Part shown: positions 49,504 to 58,739 of the stretch, piece after piece
Layout of the letters: the number at the start of each line of letters is the position of its first letter
Position numbering within the stretch: the first letter of the stretch is position 1
Source: Thermoplasmata archaeon
GTDB taxonomy: Archaea; Thermoplasmatota; Thermoplasmata; Lutacidiplasmatales; UBA184
NCBI GenBank assembly: GCA_049584655.1
Contig: JBAUYF010000007.1
Coordinates: 27,288 to 91,287, forward strand
Direction: 5' to 3'
Length of the DNA: 64,000 nt
Translations under genes and position numbers: made by a program
The notes under the pieces: generated by a model
The model's database searches: none
Told to the model about the DNA's origin: nothing
What the model saw: the letters and a program-made list of their open reading frames with translations, nothing else

Positions 49504-50778
49504 GTGGCCAAGACGGTCCCGCTTGACGCCCGGACTCTTCAGTGGGCTCGCCGGCTATTTGCTCGGTACTATCGCTCCGCCCCGATCTCTCCTCCAGCCC
49601 GGTTGGCGCGGCGGGAATTCGCCGCCTTTCCGTTCGCCGAACAGACGCTCATGCGTCGCCACGCATCCCTCCGTTCCGCGGAGGAGTTCCACGCCTTCCT
49701 CAGTCGGGAGAGCCCGCGTCACGTCTACTACTCGTCGGCGTACTACCGGCACCCGGCCGACCCCAAGATGGCGGACAAGGACTGGTTGGGTGCGGACCTC
49801 ATCTTCGACCTCGATTCGGACCACCTCCGCGGAGCCGGCGAACTGGATTACCCGGGCCAGCTACGTCTCGTGAAGGAGCGGCTGAAACAGCTGTTGGACG
49901 ACTTCCTTTTCGGCGATTTCGGAGTCGATCCCGCCCAAACCTCGCTCGTGTTCTCCGGGGGACGTGGATACCACGTCCACGTGCACGATCCGCCTTTTCA
50001 GAGCCTGACCAGCCCCGAGCGACGGGAGATCGTTGAGTACGTGCTAGGGATGGGGTACGACCCCCTTTCCGCCGTCGAAGAAGTACGCGAGGGGGACGGG
50101 GGAGTAGGAGATGCCGACGGGTCGGCGGTCTCAGAAGTATTGGCGAATGCCTCCGGCCGTCGCACGCGAGCGCGGTCGTTTAAACGGCTACCCGCCCCCG
50201 ACGCGCCGGGATGGAAGGGTCGAACGACGCGCGCCGTGATCCGCCTGCTCGAGCATTGGGATGCGATCGGAGCGGAAGGCGCGACACAGGAGTTGTTGCG
50301 TATGAACGTCGAGCCGGTGCGCGCTCGCCGATGGGCCAAGTGGTTGGTGACGGACGGGGGCGGTCGGAGGATCCGGGAAACTCGGTCGCTCGAAGTCTTC
50401 CCCAAGGAGGTTCCGAAAGACTTCCTGGATGTTGTGCTTCCGCAAGCCGCGATCGAGCTGCAGGGAGAAACCGATGCGCCGGTCACCACAGACATCCATC
50501 GCTTGATTCGGCTACCCGACTCGATTCACGGAGGAACCGGGTTCCGTGCCAAAGCGATCGAGCGTGCGTCCCTGGACGAATTCGATCCGTGGCGCGACGC
50601 CCTCTTTCCCGCCGCCAGGGAGGAGCGTTTCTCGGTACAGCTGACGGAATCGATCCGATATCCGTTTCAGCCGGATGCCATCGTCGGCCGCTCGGGCGAT
50701 ACCGTGGACGTCGTCACGCCGGCGGCGCTGTTTCTGGTGCTGCGGGGCGAAGCGGTGCTTCCGCCCGAACCGGCATGA
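49504..50778 (+). CDS. priS: DNA primase small (catalytic) subunit
   Basis: GTG start. Catalytic aspartates in ADLIFDLDSDH and the GGRGYHVHV motif. Has a C-terminal extension. Confidence 0.85.
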   Translation: MAKTVPLDARTLQWARRLFARYYRSAPISPPARLARREFAAFPFAEQTLMRRHASLRSAEEFHAFLSRESPRHVYYSSAYYRHPADPKMADKDWLGADLIFDLDSDHLRGAGELDYPGQLRLVKERLKQLLDDFLFGDFGVDPAQTSLVFSGGRGYHVHVHDPPFQSLTSPERREIVEYVLGMGYDPLSAVEEVREGDGGVGDADGSAVSEVLANASGRRTRARSFKRLPAPDAPGWKGRTTRAVIRLLEHWDAIGAEGATQELLRMNVEPVRARRWAKWLVTDGGGRRIRETRSLEVFPKEVPKDFLDVVLPQAAIELQGETDAPVTTDIHRLIRLPDSIHGGTGFRAKAIERASLDEFDPWRDALFPAAREERFSVQLTESIRYPFQPDAIVGRSGDTVDVVTPAALFLVLRGEAVLPPEPA

Positions 50779-51718
50779 CCAAGCGCCCGATCTTTTCGAT
50801 CGACGCTTCGATCTGATCGCCGGATTTGAGCTTCCGGCTCTCGTTACCAAATTCGTAGCCCGGAACGCCGCCAAGGCTGCCGAGCGAGATCACATCCCCC
50901 GGCTCGAGCGTGATGCCGCGCGTGATATGTTCGAGGATCTGCGGGATCCGGAAAATGTAGTCGGAGGTATCGCCCTGTTGCCGAATGACGCCGCCTACCT
51001 TGAGTTCCATTCGGAGCGGATACGGGTCGCCGACCTCTTCCTTCGGCACGATCCACGGACCGACCGCCATCGAGGCATCGAATCCTTTTCCCATGACCCA
51101 GTCGGGCGGCGAGTCGGGCGGATACTGAAGGTCCCGATATCCCATGTCCAGCGCGATCGTGTAGCCGGCAATGTAATCGAACGCCTGGGCGGCGGCGATG
51201 TGCTTGCCCTGCTTTCCGATCACGGCGGCGAGCTCGAGCTCCACGTCGGGAAAGGTCCCCGCGCTGTGGAGCACGAGAGGTTCGCTCGGGCCGACGAGGC
51301 TGTTGAAGAAGCGGGTGAAGAGGTACGGCTGCTTCGGCATGGGCGCGTGCTTCTCGGCGACGTGACTCTTGGAGTTCGAAGCGAGAAGGTAGATCTTGGA
51401 ACCGTTGATCACGGGTGCCAGGAGGCGTATCCCTTCCTCGGCCTTGAATAAGTAGCGCGCCCCCGTCGCGGCGCGAGGGGTCCAGCCCATCTTGCGACGG
51501 CGGTCGATGTACTCTTGGATCTTGCGAGTGATCTCGACGGATTCGGCTCCCCCGGAAAAGAAGACCCGCATGTCGCGGAATCGACTCGGGTCCGCGCCCT
51601 TGATGGGATTTACTCCGAAATAGTCGCGGCAGGCCGTATCCAGATCGATGAATTCGTTCGCGTCGGTGATCATTCCGAAGTGGAATTGATCGCCGAGCAG
51701 GAAGTGAACGAGCTTCAC
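50714..51718 (-). CDS. Fumarylacetoacetate hydrolase (FAH) family protein
   Basis: Two-domain FAH-family architecture. Its 3' end overlaps priS convergently by ~65 nt. Confidence 0.85.
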   Translation of the reverse strand: MKLVHFLLGDQFHFGMITDANEFIDLDTACRDYFGVNPIKGADPSRFRDMRVFFSGGAESVEITRKIQEYIDRRRKMGWTPRAATGARYLFKAEEGIRLLAPVINGSKIYLLASNSKSHVAEKHAPMPKQPYLFTRFFNSLVGPSEPLVLHSAGTFPDVELELAAVIGKQGKHIAAAQAFDYIAGYTIALDMGYRDLQYPPDSPPDWVMGKGFDASMAVGPWIVPKEEVGDPYPLRMELKVGGVIRQQGDTSDYIFRIPQILEHITRGITLEPGDVISLGSLGGVPGYEFGNESRKLKSGDQIEASIEKIGRLVMPVRAEAPLRPAAPETAPPA

Positions 51719-51751
51719 GCGTCGCTACCCGGAGGTCCGGGAGCGTGAGGG

Positions 51752-52471
51752 TTAGATAACGGTGGGGGGGGCGGAATTCGTCCCCGGCCCCGAAGGCTCT
51801 CGTCGAGGGGCGTAGGATAGCAGGTGACCGTCCCCTAACCGTTCGAGAGCTAAGAGAGTGAGCGCAACGGTCTTCTCCGGATCCGGGCATTCGGGGCCCG
51901 TCATCAGGGGCGGAGCCGATGAGCCCCCGATGAGGATCGGGGCTACGTAGACAGTGAATCGGTCGAACGAACCGCTGCGCAGAACGCTCGCGAGCACGCG
52001 CGACCCGCCCTCGACCATCAGGCGTCGGACTCCGCGGGCATGGAGAAGGCTCCAGAGCCGCGGGATCTCCACGGTGTCTCGCCCCGCCACCACGGTTTCT
52101 ATCCCTGCGGGGAATTTCCGGGTAGAGCGCTCGCTCACCGCCACGAGTGTGGGAAGCGCGCCGTCGAGAACGCGAGCTTTCTCCGGCACTCGGCCCCGAG
52201 AGTCCAAGACGATGCGCAGCGGCGGTGGGTGGGGTGGCTCATTGACCAGTTCCCAGTGGACCCGCAAGGAGGGATCATCGAGAATAACCGTCCCCACGCC
52301 GACGACGATCCCGTCCGATTCGGCTCGAAGTCGCTGGACTCGCGCAAGATCCTCCGGTCCAGACAAATAGGCGCGTCGACCGTTCGCGTACGCTAAGCGT
52401 CCATCGGCCGAAACGGCACAATTGACCCATACCGCCGGCCGAGCCTCCGCCGCCGACTGCGACGATTCCAT
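51752..52471 (-). CDS. RibD/RibG C-terminal-domain reductase (riboflavin-pathway pyrimidine reductase-like, DHFR fold)
   Basis: Start MESSQS. Conserved blocks: WVNCAVSADGRLA..GIVVGVGTVILDDPSL..LMVEGGSRVLASVLRSG.. Confidence 0.75.
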   Translation of the reverse strand: MESSQSAAEARPAVWVNCAVSADGRLAYANGRRAYLSGPEDLARVQRLRAESDGIVVGVGTVILDDPSLRVHWELVNEPPHPPPLRIVLDSRGRVPEKARVLDGALPTLVAVSERSTRKFPAGIETVVAGRDTVEIPRLWSLLHARGVRRLMVEGGSRVLASVLRSGSFDRFTVYVAPILIGGSSAPPLMTGPECPDPEKTVALTLLALERLGDGHLLSYAPRREPSGPGTNSAPPTVI

Positions 52472-52479
52472 GATGGAAG

Positions 52480-53967
52480 TCACGGTCCCGCAGCGCGCAG
52501 GCGAACGATCTCTGCTTCGACATCGCCGACCGGTTCGTGGGCCGCTCGGAGGTCTTCGAGATTTATTCCCACATTGGCCAGCGCGCCCTCGCTGGTGGCC
52601 CGAAGTAGTGCGAGGGACGTCACGAGGTCGCTTTCCAATGCCGCCTTTACTCGACTCCGCATATTCCCGAGGGTATCGCTGAGGTGACGTGCGAGCCGAG
52701 CCGTCTCGAGCGGAACTTCCGCTGCCTTGCGAAGGCTTACCACCCAAACCTTCTGGACCACGGAGTCGTGCGGGCGTTCTTTGAGGTCCCGTCGCGCCGA
52801 ACGCACGGATTCGTACGCCGCCGAATCTTCCCCGACGAGCTCCAAGAAACGAGCACGGGCGGCTCGGGCGGAGCTCAAGGCCGGTTCGAGCACTGGGTCT
52901 TCTCCGCCTTTGGGGATCGAGTAGGCTAGCGCCATCTCTCCGAGAGCGGCCCCCATCGCCCCGGCCGCCGCCGCCGCACTCCCTCCGCCCGGAGTAGGAG
53001 TACGGGCGGCGATCCGCTCGACGAACTCTCGGAACGGTTCGGCGGCCATGCCGCTGGTTCCGGACGTTCCAACCGAGCGGACTTTCCGTTCTAAAACTGC
53101 GGATCGGTCGAACCGATTGAGCTGGAGATAGTACTCCGCTGCGTCGAACAGAGCGTCTTCGGGGATGAGGCCCACGACTTCGGACTCCTCGATCGTCACG
53201 CCGAAACGTGCGGCTTCTCGTCGCACGAACTCGAGTGCCCGGGGGACGGACGTCCGACGGTAGTCGGTCAGATTCATCGAGACTTGGGCTCGTTGACGTT
53301 CCTTGATCTCGAAGCCGAGTGCTTTGACCTCCACCAACCCGCCGTCACGGGCGCGAATGGCCTTCGCAATCTTCTTGGCGATCGCCACGTCCGGGGTCGA
53401 CAGATAGGCGTTGTAGGCGATCAGTACAGGTCGCGCGCCGATAGCTACCGCACCGGCAGTCGGGTGGATTCGAGGTTCTCCGAAGTCCGGTGTGCGTGCC
53501 GGATCGGATGCGATCGCGTCCCGGATTCCCTCGAATTGACCTTCGCGCACGCGTGCGAGGTCGGCGCGCTCCGGTCGCTGGGCGGCCAATCCGTAGAGGT
53601 AGACCGGTATCTTGAGCTCTCGAGCGACCCGCTCGCTCAATTGGCGCGCGAGCCCCACCGCATCTTCCATCGAGGACTCCCCTAGTGGCACAAAGGGGAC
53701 GACATCCGTTGCGCCCATCCGGGGATGCTCTCCGTGGTGATGCGTAAGATCGATCAGTTCGGTCGCGACGCGCATCATTCGAATGACTGCCTCGACGAGA
53801 TCGTTGCCCTCGCCGGCGAGCGAAATGACGCATCGGTGATGGTCGGCGTTGCTCTCGATGTCGAGGACTGTGACGTGCGGAACCGCGCGGGCGGCATCTG
53901 CGATCCGAGTGATGATCGCGGCATCGCGTCCCTCGGAAAAGTTGGGGACGCACTCGAACATGGTCAT
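52480..53967 (-). CDS. ftcD: Formiminotransferase-cyclodeaminase (glutamate formimidoyltransferase + cyclodeaminase domains)
   Basis: The N-terminal formiminotransferase domain starts MFECVPNFSEGRD. The C-terminal cyclodeaminase domain has GGGSAAAAAGAMGAALGEMA. Confidence 0.85.
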   Translation of the reverse strand: MTMFECVPNFSEGRDAAIITRIADAARAVPHVTVLDIESNADHHRCVISLAGEGNDLVEAVIRMMRVATELIDLTHHHGEHPRMGATDVVPFVPLGESSMEDAVGLARQLSERVARELKIPVYLYGLAAQRPERADLARVREGQFEGIRDAIASDPARTPDFGEPRIHPTAGAVAIGARPVLIAYNAYLSTPDVAIAKKIAKAIRARDGGLVEVKALGFEIKERQRAQVSMNLTDYRRTSVPRALEFVRREAARFGVTIEESEVVGLIPEDALFDAAEYYLQLNRFDRSAVLERKVRSVGTSGTSGMAAEPFREFVERIAARTPTPGGGSAAAAAGAMGAALGEMALAYSIPKGGEDPVLEPALSSARAARARFLELVGEDSAAYESVRSARRDLKERPHDSVVQKVWVVSLRKAAEVPLETARLARHLSDTLGNMRSRVKAALESDLVTSLALLRATSEGALANVGINLEDLRAAHEPVGDVEAEIVRLRAAGP

Positions 53968-54998
53968 GGATCCGGCCCGCCGTACGTTTCAAGCAGCGTT
54001 TGACGCGCGCGCGCGTCCGCCGGCGAACTCGTCACCACCGGCCGTTTCCGAGCTCGTGCCACGGCCGCCTTGACACGATCCGGAGAAAATCCGTGTCCCT
54101 CCACGAGAATCCGCTCTACCGCGGCCTCGTCCACCGGTCCAAAATAAGGCGCGGCGGTTGCCTCCACTGCGGGATGGCGGAACAGTTCCGCAACGGGCTC
54201 CACCTCTTTGGGATCGAGGCCGGCCTTCATCAGCGTTGCCTCCCAGCCCAGATGTTCTTGCACCAACTTCAGCGCCCGTTTCGGCCCTATCCCTTTGGCT
54301 CCGTCGTTGAAATCCGTTCCCACGAGAATCCCGATCAGAATTAGCTCATCTCCGCTCACTCCAAGCTGACTCAGCAAGTCGTCCCGGTTCACGAGCTGGG
54401 CGCCCGGGCTCTGACCGGCCCGCCCCCGCGCAGCGAGGCCCCGCACGAGCCGAGGAGCGCCAAAGAGGAGCGAATCATAATCTTCGGAGGCGGCTGCCCA
54501 AACGGATCCGCGCGCTGCCATTGTCGCCGCCTGGGCTTCGCCTTCCGACGGCGCTTGCACGGAAGGTACTCCCAACGCAGTCAGCAACTCCCGAACTTCC
54601 TCGACCATGGATCGCGTGAGCCGGGAAGTCTGCGCGGCCTTCTTGCGCGCAGTTTCGAGATCCCCGGCGGCGAGTGCTTCACTCCACTGCGCCTCGGCGC
54701 GCTCTTTGGCGAGTATCCTCGACCGGATCGTTCCGGCCTTAAGATCCGGCGGGCGACCGTCGAAGACCCATACCGGAAGGACGCCTTGGCTCAGGAGCGA
54801 TGAGGTGCGATAGAAAACCCCAATCAGATGGCTGGTGGGGTGGCCCTCCGGATCCGTGAACGGCATCCCATCGCGCTGGCGAATCGTCGCGAGGAATTGG
54901 TAAATGGCGTTGTAGCCGTCGACAGCCAAGGAGCGCCCGGAGAGGGCGTCCCAAGGAAGCTCCTGCGGGCTGACCAACTCCCGAAACGGAAGGCCCAC
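53964..54998 (-). CDS. fen: Flap endonuclease 1
   Basis: XPG-N and XPG-I domains (AVDGYNAIYQFL.., DYDSLLFGAP, GTDFNDGAKGIGPKRA H3TH). The likely GTG start is internal to the supplied ORF. Confidence 0.85.
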   Translation of the reverse strand: MGLPFRELVSPQELPWDALSGRSLAVDGYNAIYQFLATIRQRDGMPFTDPEGHPTSHLIGVFYRTSSLLSQGVLPVWVFDGRPPDLKAGTIRSRILAKERAEAQWSEALAAGDLETARKKAAQTSRLTRSMVEEVRELLTALGVPSVQAPSEGEAQAATMAARGSVWAAASEDYDSLLFGAPRLVRGLAARGRAGQSPGAQLVNRDDLLSQLGVSGDELILIGILVGTDFNDGAKGIGPKRALKLVQEHLGWEATLMKAGLDPKEVEPVAELFRHPAVEATAAPYFGPVDEAAVERILVEGHGFSPDRVKAAVARARKRPVVTSSPADARARQTLLETYGGPDP

Positions 54999-55116
54999 GA
55001 TCGAAGCGAAGCGGCGCGGAGTACTTGTGGTTGCCGTCGGAAAGTTTTGGTGGCGGTGCTGGAACGTGCGCGAAGGGTGAAGTACCGGAGGCCGTACTGC
55101 CGGCGCGAGGAAGGCG

Positions 55117-55902
55117 ATGGAGATCAAGTGGCAGGATGAGGCAGGATCCTCCGGGCTCGAACCAGGCGCCGTCATTGTGTCGAGCTTCCCGAGCGCGGGA
55201 CTCGCCGCGACCGTTGCGGCGCATTACATGGTCCAAGCCCTCAAACTCCCCCGCATCGGAATCTTCGACGGGCCGGACATGGCGCCCATCGCCGTCGTAC
55301 AGGACGGCGTGGTGAATCCTCCGATCCGAGTCTACGGGCAGAAGGATTTTGCCGCGATCCTCTCGGAGTTTCCTCCGACTCCCGCCTTGGCGTCCGCGCT
55401 GGCGACGACGATCTTGAACGGCGCAATCCAGCGCAAGGCGCGGATGATTGTGTGTTTTGAGGGGGTGGTCCCGCACCCGTTGGAGGAGGGTCAGGATCCG
55501 GCCGCGGAGGCCCCCGATGAAAAGGTCTGGGTTGCTTTTGCCCGCAAGGACCCGGCTATCACCAAGACGTTCGAGCCCACCCAGGCAGGACTGCTGGAGG
55601 ATGGGGTACTCGGCGGAGTCTCCGGAGCGCTGCTCGTCCAGGGTATCAACCGCTCGATTCCCGTCGCCGTGTTACTCGTCAGCGCACGGGCGGTCGAAGG
55701 GCTTCCCGATCATCGGGCGGGCGCGGCGTTGATCGAAACGTTCGATCGGTTGCTCCCGGAGCTCAAGATCGATACGGGGCCTCTAAGAGTCGAAGCGGAG
55801 CGCATCGAACGAGCGCTACGCGCCGCGATGAAAACGCACGGAAAATCGGAAGCGGCGGGAAAGGCTATCGTCGAGCCGGCAAGCGCGGACATGTACCGGT
55901 AA
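55117..55902 (+). CDS. PAC2-family proteasome assembly chaperone
   Basis: 261 aa. N-terminal segment VIVSSFPSAGLAATVAAHYMVQAL is consistent with archaeal PAC2/PbaA-B proteins; assignment is tentative. Confidence 0.75.
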   Translation: MEIKWQDEAGSSGLEPGAVIVSSFPSAGLAATVAAHYMVQALKLPRIGIFDGPDMAPIAVVQDGVVNPPIRVYGQKDFAAILSEFPPTPALASALATTILNGAIQRKARMIVCFEGVVPHPLEEGQDPAAEAPDEKVWVAFARKDPAITKTFEPTQAGLLEDGVLGGVSGALLVQGINRSIPVAVLLVSARAVEGLPDHRAGAALIETFDRLLPELKIDTGPLRVEAERIERALRAAMKTHGKSEAAGKAIVEPASADMYR

Positions 55903-55928
55903 GGGTCCCCCGCGGCCGACGCCCCCGG

Positions 55929-56094
55929 CTAATAGGCGTCGGTATAGGTCAACAGGTAGAGGACGCCCCCGACCATCACGGTGAGGAGGATCAGGATCGA
56001 GATCGGATTGGAGGAAAAGACCGCGACCGTCAACCCGATCAACACAGCGGGGAGGAGGATCGCCAGGAGGAATGTCCAGAGCTTTCCGTCCATC
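55929..56094 (-). CDS. Tiny 2-TM membrane protein (54 aa), possibly co-transcribed with the FtsZ-like gene
   Basis: Sequence MDGKLWTFLLAILLPAVLIGLTVAVFSSNPISILILLTVMVGGVLYLLTYTDAY. It lies 86 nt downstream of the FtsZ-like gene on the same strand. Not in the ORF track because it is under 60 aa. Confidence 0.35.
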
Positions 56095-56180
56095 GCAACC
56101 GCGAGGAGCCCGAGCTCCTCTTAACGATTCTAGCTCGAGGCGAGAGCGCCCCGACCGTCGATGACTCGGTTACCCACTCC

Positions 56181-57104
56181 TCAGTGGAGCGCCTCGGGGG
56201 GACGCGGAGGAGATTCGATCTCGAACGTCAACTCGGCCTCGTGGAACGACGGGCTGGCGGCAGGGGTAGGGGCGTAGGGGCCTAGTCGGGCGGGGCTCTC
56301 GGGCGGAAGCGAAACTTCGATCGTCAGGGGAGCCGACTCGGGGGGCTCGTTCATCGCCCGCCGCGCTCCGAGGGGCCGGGCCGCGGCCGCCGCTACGAGT
56401 GCTTCTGTGGGAATGAGATAGGCTTTCTCGATGTGACTCGCGATCGTTTCCGCCCAGTGTTGGTCCAGCTGGTTGAAAGGAAGCTTGCGCTGCCGCGCCG
56501 CCAGGTACTCGTTGTCGAGGACCTGGAGATTCGCACACCCACGTTGTTGCTTCGCGACGAACTCCTCCACGAAATGCAGGCGCGCCAGCCCACGATCCGC
56601 AACGGACCGGCGGTCCCCTTCCGCGAGGAAGGGCTTGATCACAAAGGCGGAGAGGATTTCGCACTGCCGTGCGGCGGCGCCAAGTACGTAAGGGAACGCT
56701 CCCGTTCCACTGCCGCCCCCCAGACTGCCGACGACGGTGACGAATGTGGCGCCCTCAAAGATTCGGTCCAGCGCCGGCTGCGCGGCGTGCGCCAGCATAC
56801 CGCCGACCACCGTGGAGCCACCGGTATCGGTCTCGACACCCGAATCGGGACCCAAGTAAACGCGTCGATCGAACTCCTCGAAACCCTGGACGCGGGGATC
56901 GCAGTTGATGGCTACGGTCTCGAGATAGCGAAGATGTCGGCGGGCGATGGCCCGGCCGACTTGGATAGCTCCGCCGCCGACAGCGGCCAAAACGAAACGG
57001 ACGTCGTGACCGAGCCGCAAGTCCTCCAACCCTTCGACCGCCGGGTCGGACGGCTCTTCCAGGTTGATCTCTCGGTTGGGTCCATCTCGTGCGGCCTCGT
57101 ACAT
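56181..57104 (-). CDS. FtsZ/tubulin-superfamily GTPase consisting only of the N-terminal GTP-binding domain plus a Pro-rich C-terminal tail (FtsZ-like-1-type architecture)
   Basis: T1 AAVGGGAIQVG, VAINCD, tubulin signature GGGSGTG (T4), T5 IKPFLAEG and H6 LQVLDNEYL all align to FtsZ. The sequence ends after H7. There is no T7 NxDxxD synergy loop and no C-terminal domain. The tail ends ..EAELTFEIESPPRPPEALH. A GGGGAG ribosome-binding site lies 7 nt upstream of the ATG (MYEAARD); the supplied ORF is over-extended to 57449. Confidence 0.75.
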   Translation of the reverse strand: MYEAARDGPNREINLEEPSDPAVEGLEDLRLGHDVRFVLAAVGGGAIQVGRAIARRHLRYLETVAINCDPRVQGFEEFDRRVYLGPDSGVETDTGGSTVVGGMLAHAAQPALDRIFEGATFVTVVGSLGGGSGTGAFPYVLGAAARQCEILSAFVIKPFLAEGDRRSVADRGLARLHFVEEFVAKQQRGCANLQVLDNEYLAARQRKLPFNQLDQHWAETIASHIEKAYLIPTEALVAAAAARPLGARRAMNEPPESAPLTIEVSLPPESPARLGPYAPTPAASPSFHEAELTFEIESPPRPPEALH

Positions 57105-57141
57105 TGCAACTCCCCTGCGTCGTGTCTTCCCTTGCCGCTCC

Positions 57142-57669
57142 CTATCGACCGACGACCCCCTTTCGCTCCAAATCGCGGGCACTCTCTTGGAGGGCACCGA
57201 CTTGAGCCCGCTGTTCGGCGGCTTGCTGGACCGACGTGCGCGCGCGTTGGACGAGTTCGACGACCTTGAGTTCGAGCTCGGCTCGACGCACGAACTCGGC
57301 GAGGACATCGCCGATCGGGCGGTCGTTTCCGACAAGTCGAGCGTAGGCGCCCAGGGTTTCGATCTCATCGCTTCGCAGTCGAACGGGAACTTCGACGATT
57401 CCCGTAGGGTCCAAGCGGGCCGGGGGTGTGGCCGACAGCGCCCGAGCACGCAAGAAGCTGCGCAGCGCCTCTCGCATCAACTCCGAGCGGCTGGCAAACT
57501 CTCCGTTCGAGACGAACGAATCCAGCAGCTGGAGCTCTTTGCGGTTGCACCGTAGGGCGATGCGCTCATCCTCGCGACCCGCCAGGCGGTCTGCCGATTC
57601 TTTCGAACCTTCAGATGCCTTGTTGGGAGCGTTGTCGAACACGACTGGGCGCTGGTATGCAGAATGCAA
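57142..57669 (-). CDS. Ribbon-helix-helix (CopG/Arc/MetJ-type) DNA-binding protein with possible second RHH-like repeat and coiled-coil C-terminus
   Basis: Beta-strand RIALRCN followed by helices KELQLLDSFVSNGEFASRSELMREALRSFL. A second similar unit is VPVRLRSDEIETLGAYARLVG. The C-terminus (ELVQRARTSVQQAAEQRAQVGALQESARDLER) is predicted helical. It lies 37 nt upstream of the FtsZ-like gene. The start codon is uncertain (TTG at 57669 or GTG ~57642). Confidence 0.6.
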   Translation of the reverse strand: MHSAYQRPVVFDNAPNKASEGSKESADRLAGREDERIALRCNRKELQLLDSFVSNGEFASRSELMREALRSFLRARALSATPPARLDPTGIVEVPVRLRSDEIETLGAYARLVGNDRPIGDVLAEFVRRAELELKVVELVQRARTSVQQAAEQRAQVGALQESARDLERKGVVGR

Positions 57670-57671
57670 CT

Positions 57672-57679
57672 ATTTAAAG
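57672..57679 (-). promoter_or_regulatory. Archaeal TATA-box-like element (TTTAAATA on minus strand) upstream of RHH-FtsZ-like operon
   Basis: Matches the TTTAWATA consensus. It sits in a locally AT-rich 220-bp intergenic region. Confidence 0.3.
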
Positions 57680-57887
57680 AGATGCCATGGGCTGCGCCGA
57701 GCATTGCACCGGTACGTCCTAGCAGGAGTTCTATGACGTGTCGAACAAATTTTGATAGGCCGGAACTAGCGTCGATCGTGAAAATCTCACTGTATAACCG
57801 CTCCAAATTTTCGCAAAAAAAACACGCGCGAAGGTGCGACGTTGGAACGAACTACATTCAATCGCGCGCAGGATCGCGGTCGACTCT

Positions 57888-58739
57888 CTAATCGACTCCC
57901 GCGATGCCGTAGATCTGGATCGCGGCGAGAATGGTCGACGGGTATCCTTCGTAGGTCAGGTAGATCTCACACGCCCCCGGCACCACGAAGCACCAACCAG
58001 GAGCGCCGTGGAAGTCGTCCCCGTCGACGCAGGGGTTGCCGGAGTAACCCGGGGCGCAGTCCCCGCTGTAGTCGAGCGGGGTTCCCGGGGTGTGCGTGTA
58101 CAGGATGAACGTATCCCCATTGTTGACCACGCCGGAATAGTTCAGGAGCGGTACGAAAATCCCGAGCCGATTGTACAGTGTGCTATAGGACCCCGAGGGG
58201 ATGAACGTCCCGCACTCCCCGAGGTGGGGCGCGTTAGGGGCGGGTCCCGTGGAACTTCCCGGGAACCAGGTCATGGCCGCCAATGATCCTTGTACCAAGT
58301 AGGTCGTGTAGTTCTGCCCCAGAGCATTGGTCGCTCGGCAGACGAACGAGAACTGGATCTCATCCAGCGAGATATCATCGGGTGTGTGTTGGGTAAAAAC
58401 GATCTGCGTGGAATTCATCTGGGAGTAATTCCCGGTCGCCGTAGTATCACACTGATACGTGATCGCGTTTCCCAACGTCCAGGTGTGCGGGAGCACGTTG
58501 TTGACCCAGGGAAAGTGATACGAATCGAATGTACAGTCGGTCGGATCTCCCCAGACGGGATTCGAAGTGCCCGATCGAACCAGGTAGGAAAGCGTGGGAG
58601 CGGGAGTGGGAAGGTTGAGGTGGAACTCCCACAAGATCGAGCCGACGGCCACCGTCAGGCCGACCAGGAGGACCATCGAAATGATGGTGCTCACGGCCCG
58701 CAACGGCCCAACGCGCCGACGGGACCACTTTCGGACCAT
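57888..58739 (-). CDS. Archaeal type-IV-pilin-like secreted protein (class III signal peptide), N-glycosylation-sequon rich
   Basis: N-terminus MVRKWSRRRVGPLRA|VSTIISMVLLVGLTVAV fits the [KR]G/A-[VA][ST]..I..VLL class III signal. It has at least 5 N-x-S/T sequons and several Cys. Confidence 0.65.
   Translation of the reverse strand: MVRKWSRRRVGPLRAVSTIISMVLLVGLTVAVGSILWEFHLNLPTPAPTLSYLVRSGTSNPVWGDPTDCTFDSYHFPWVNNVLPHTWTLGNAITYQCDTTATGNYSQMNSTQIVFTQHTPDDISLDEIQFSFVCRATNALGQNYTTYLVQGSLAAMTWFPGSSTGPAPNAPHLGECGTFIPSGSYSTLYNRLGIFVPLLNYSGVVNNGDTFILYTHTPGTPLDYSGDCAPGYSGNPCVDGDDFHGAPGWCFVVPGACEIYLTYEGYPSTILAAIQIYGIAGVD

Noticed and set aside
57105-57449. Upstream 115-codon extension of the FtsZ-like ORF
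   Set aside because: It overlaps the RHH gene in another frame and has Ser/Arg-rich low complexity. The internal ATG at ~57104 has a GGGGAG ribosome-binding site and starts exactly where FtsZ homology begins.
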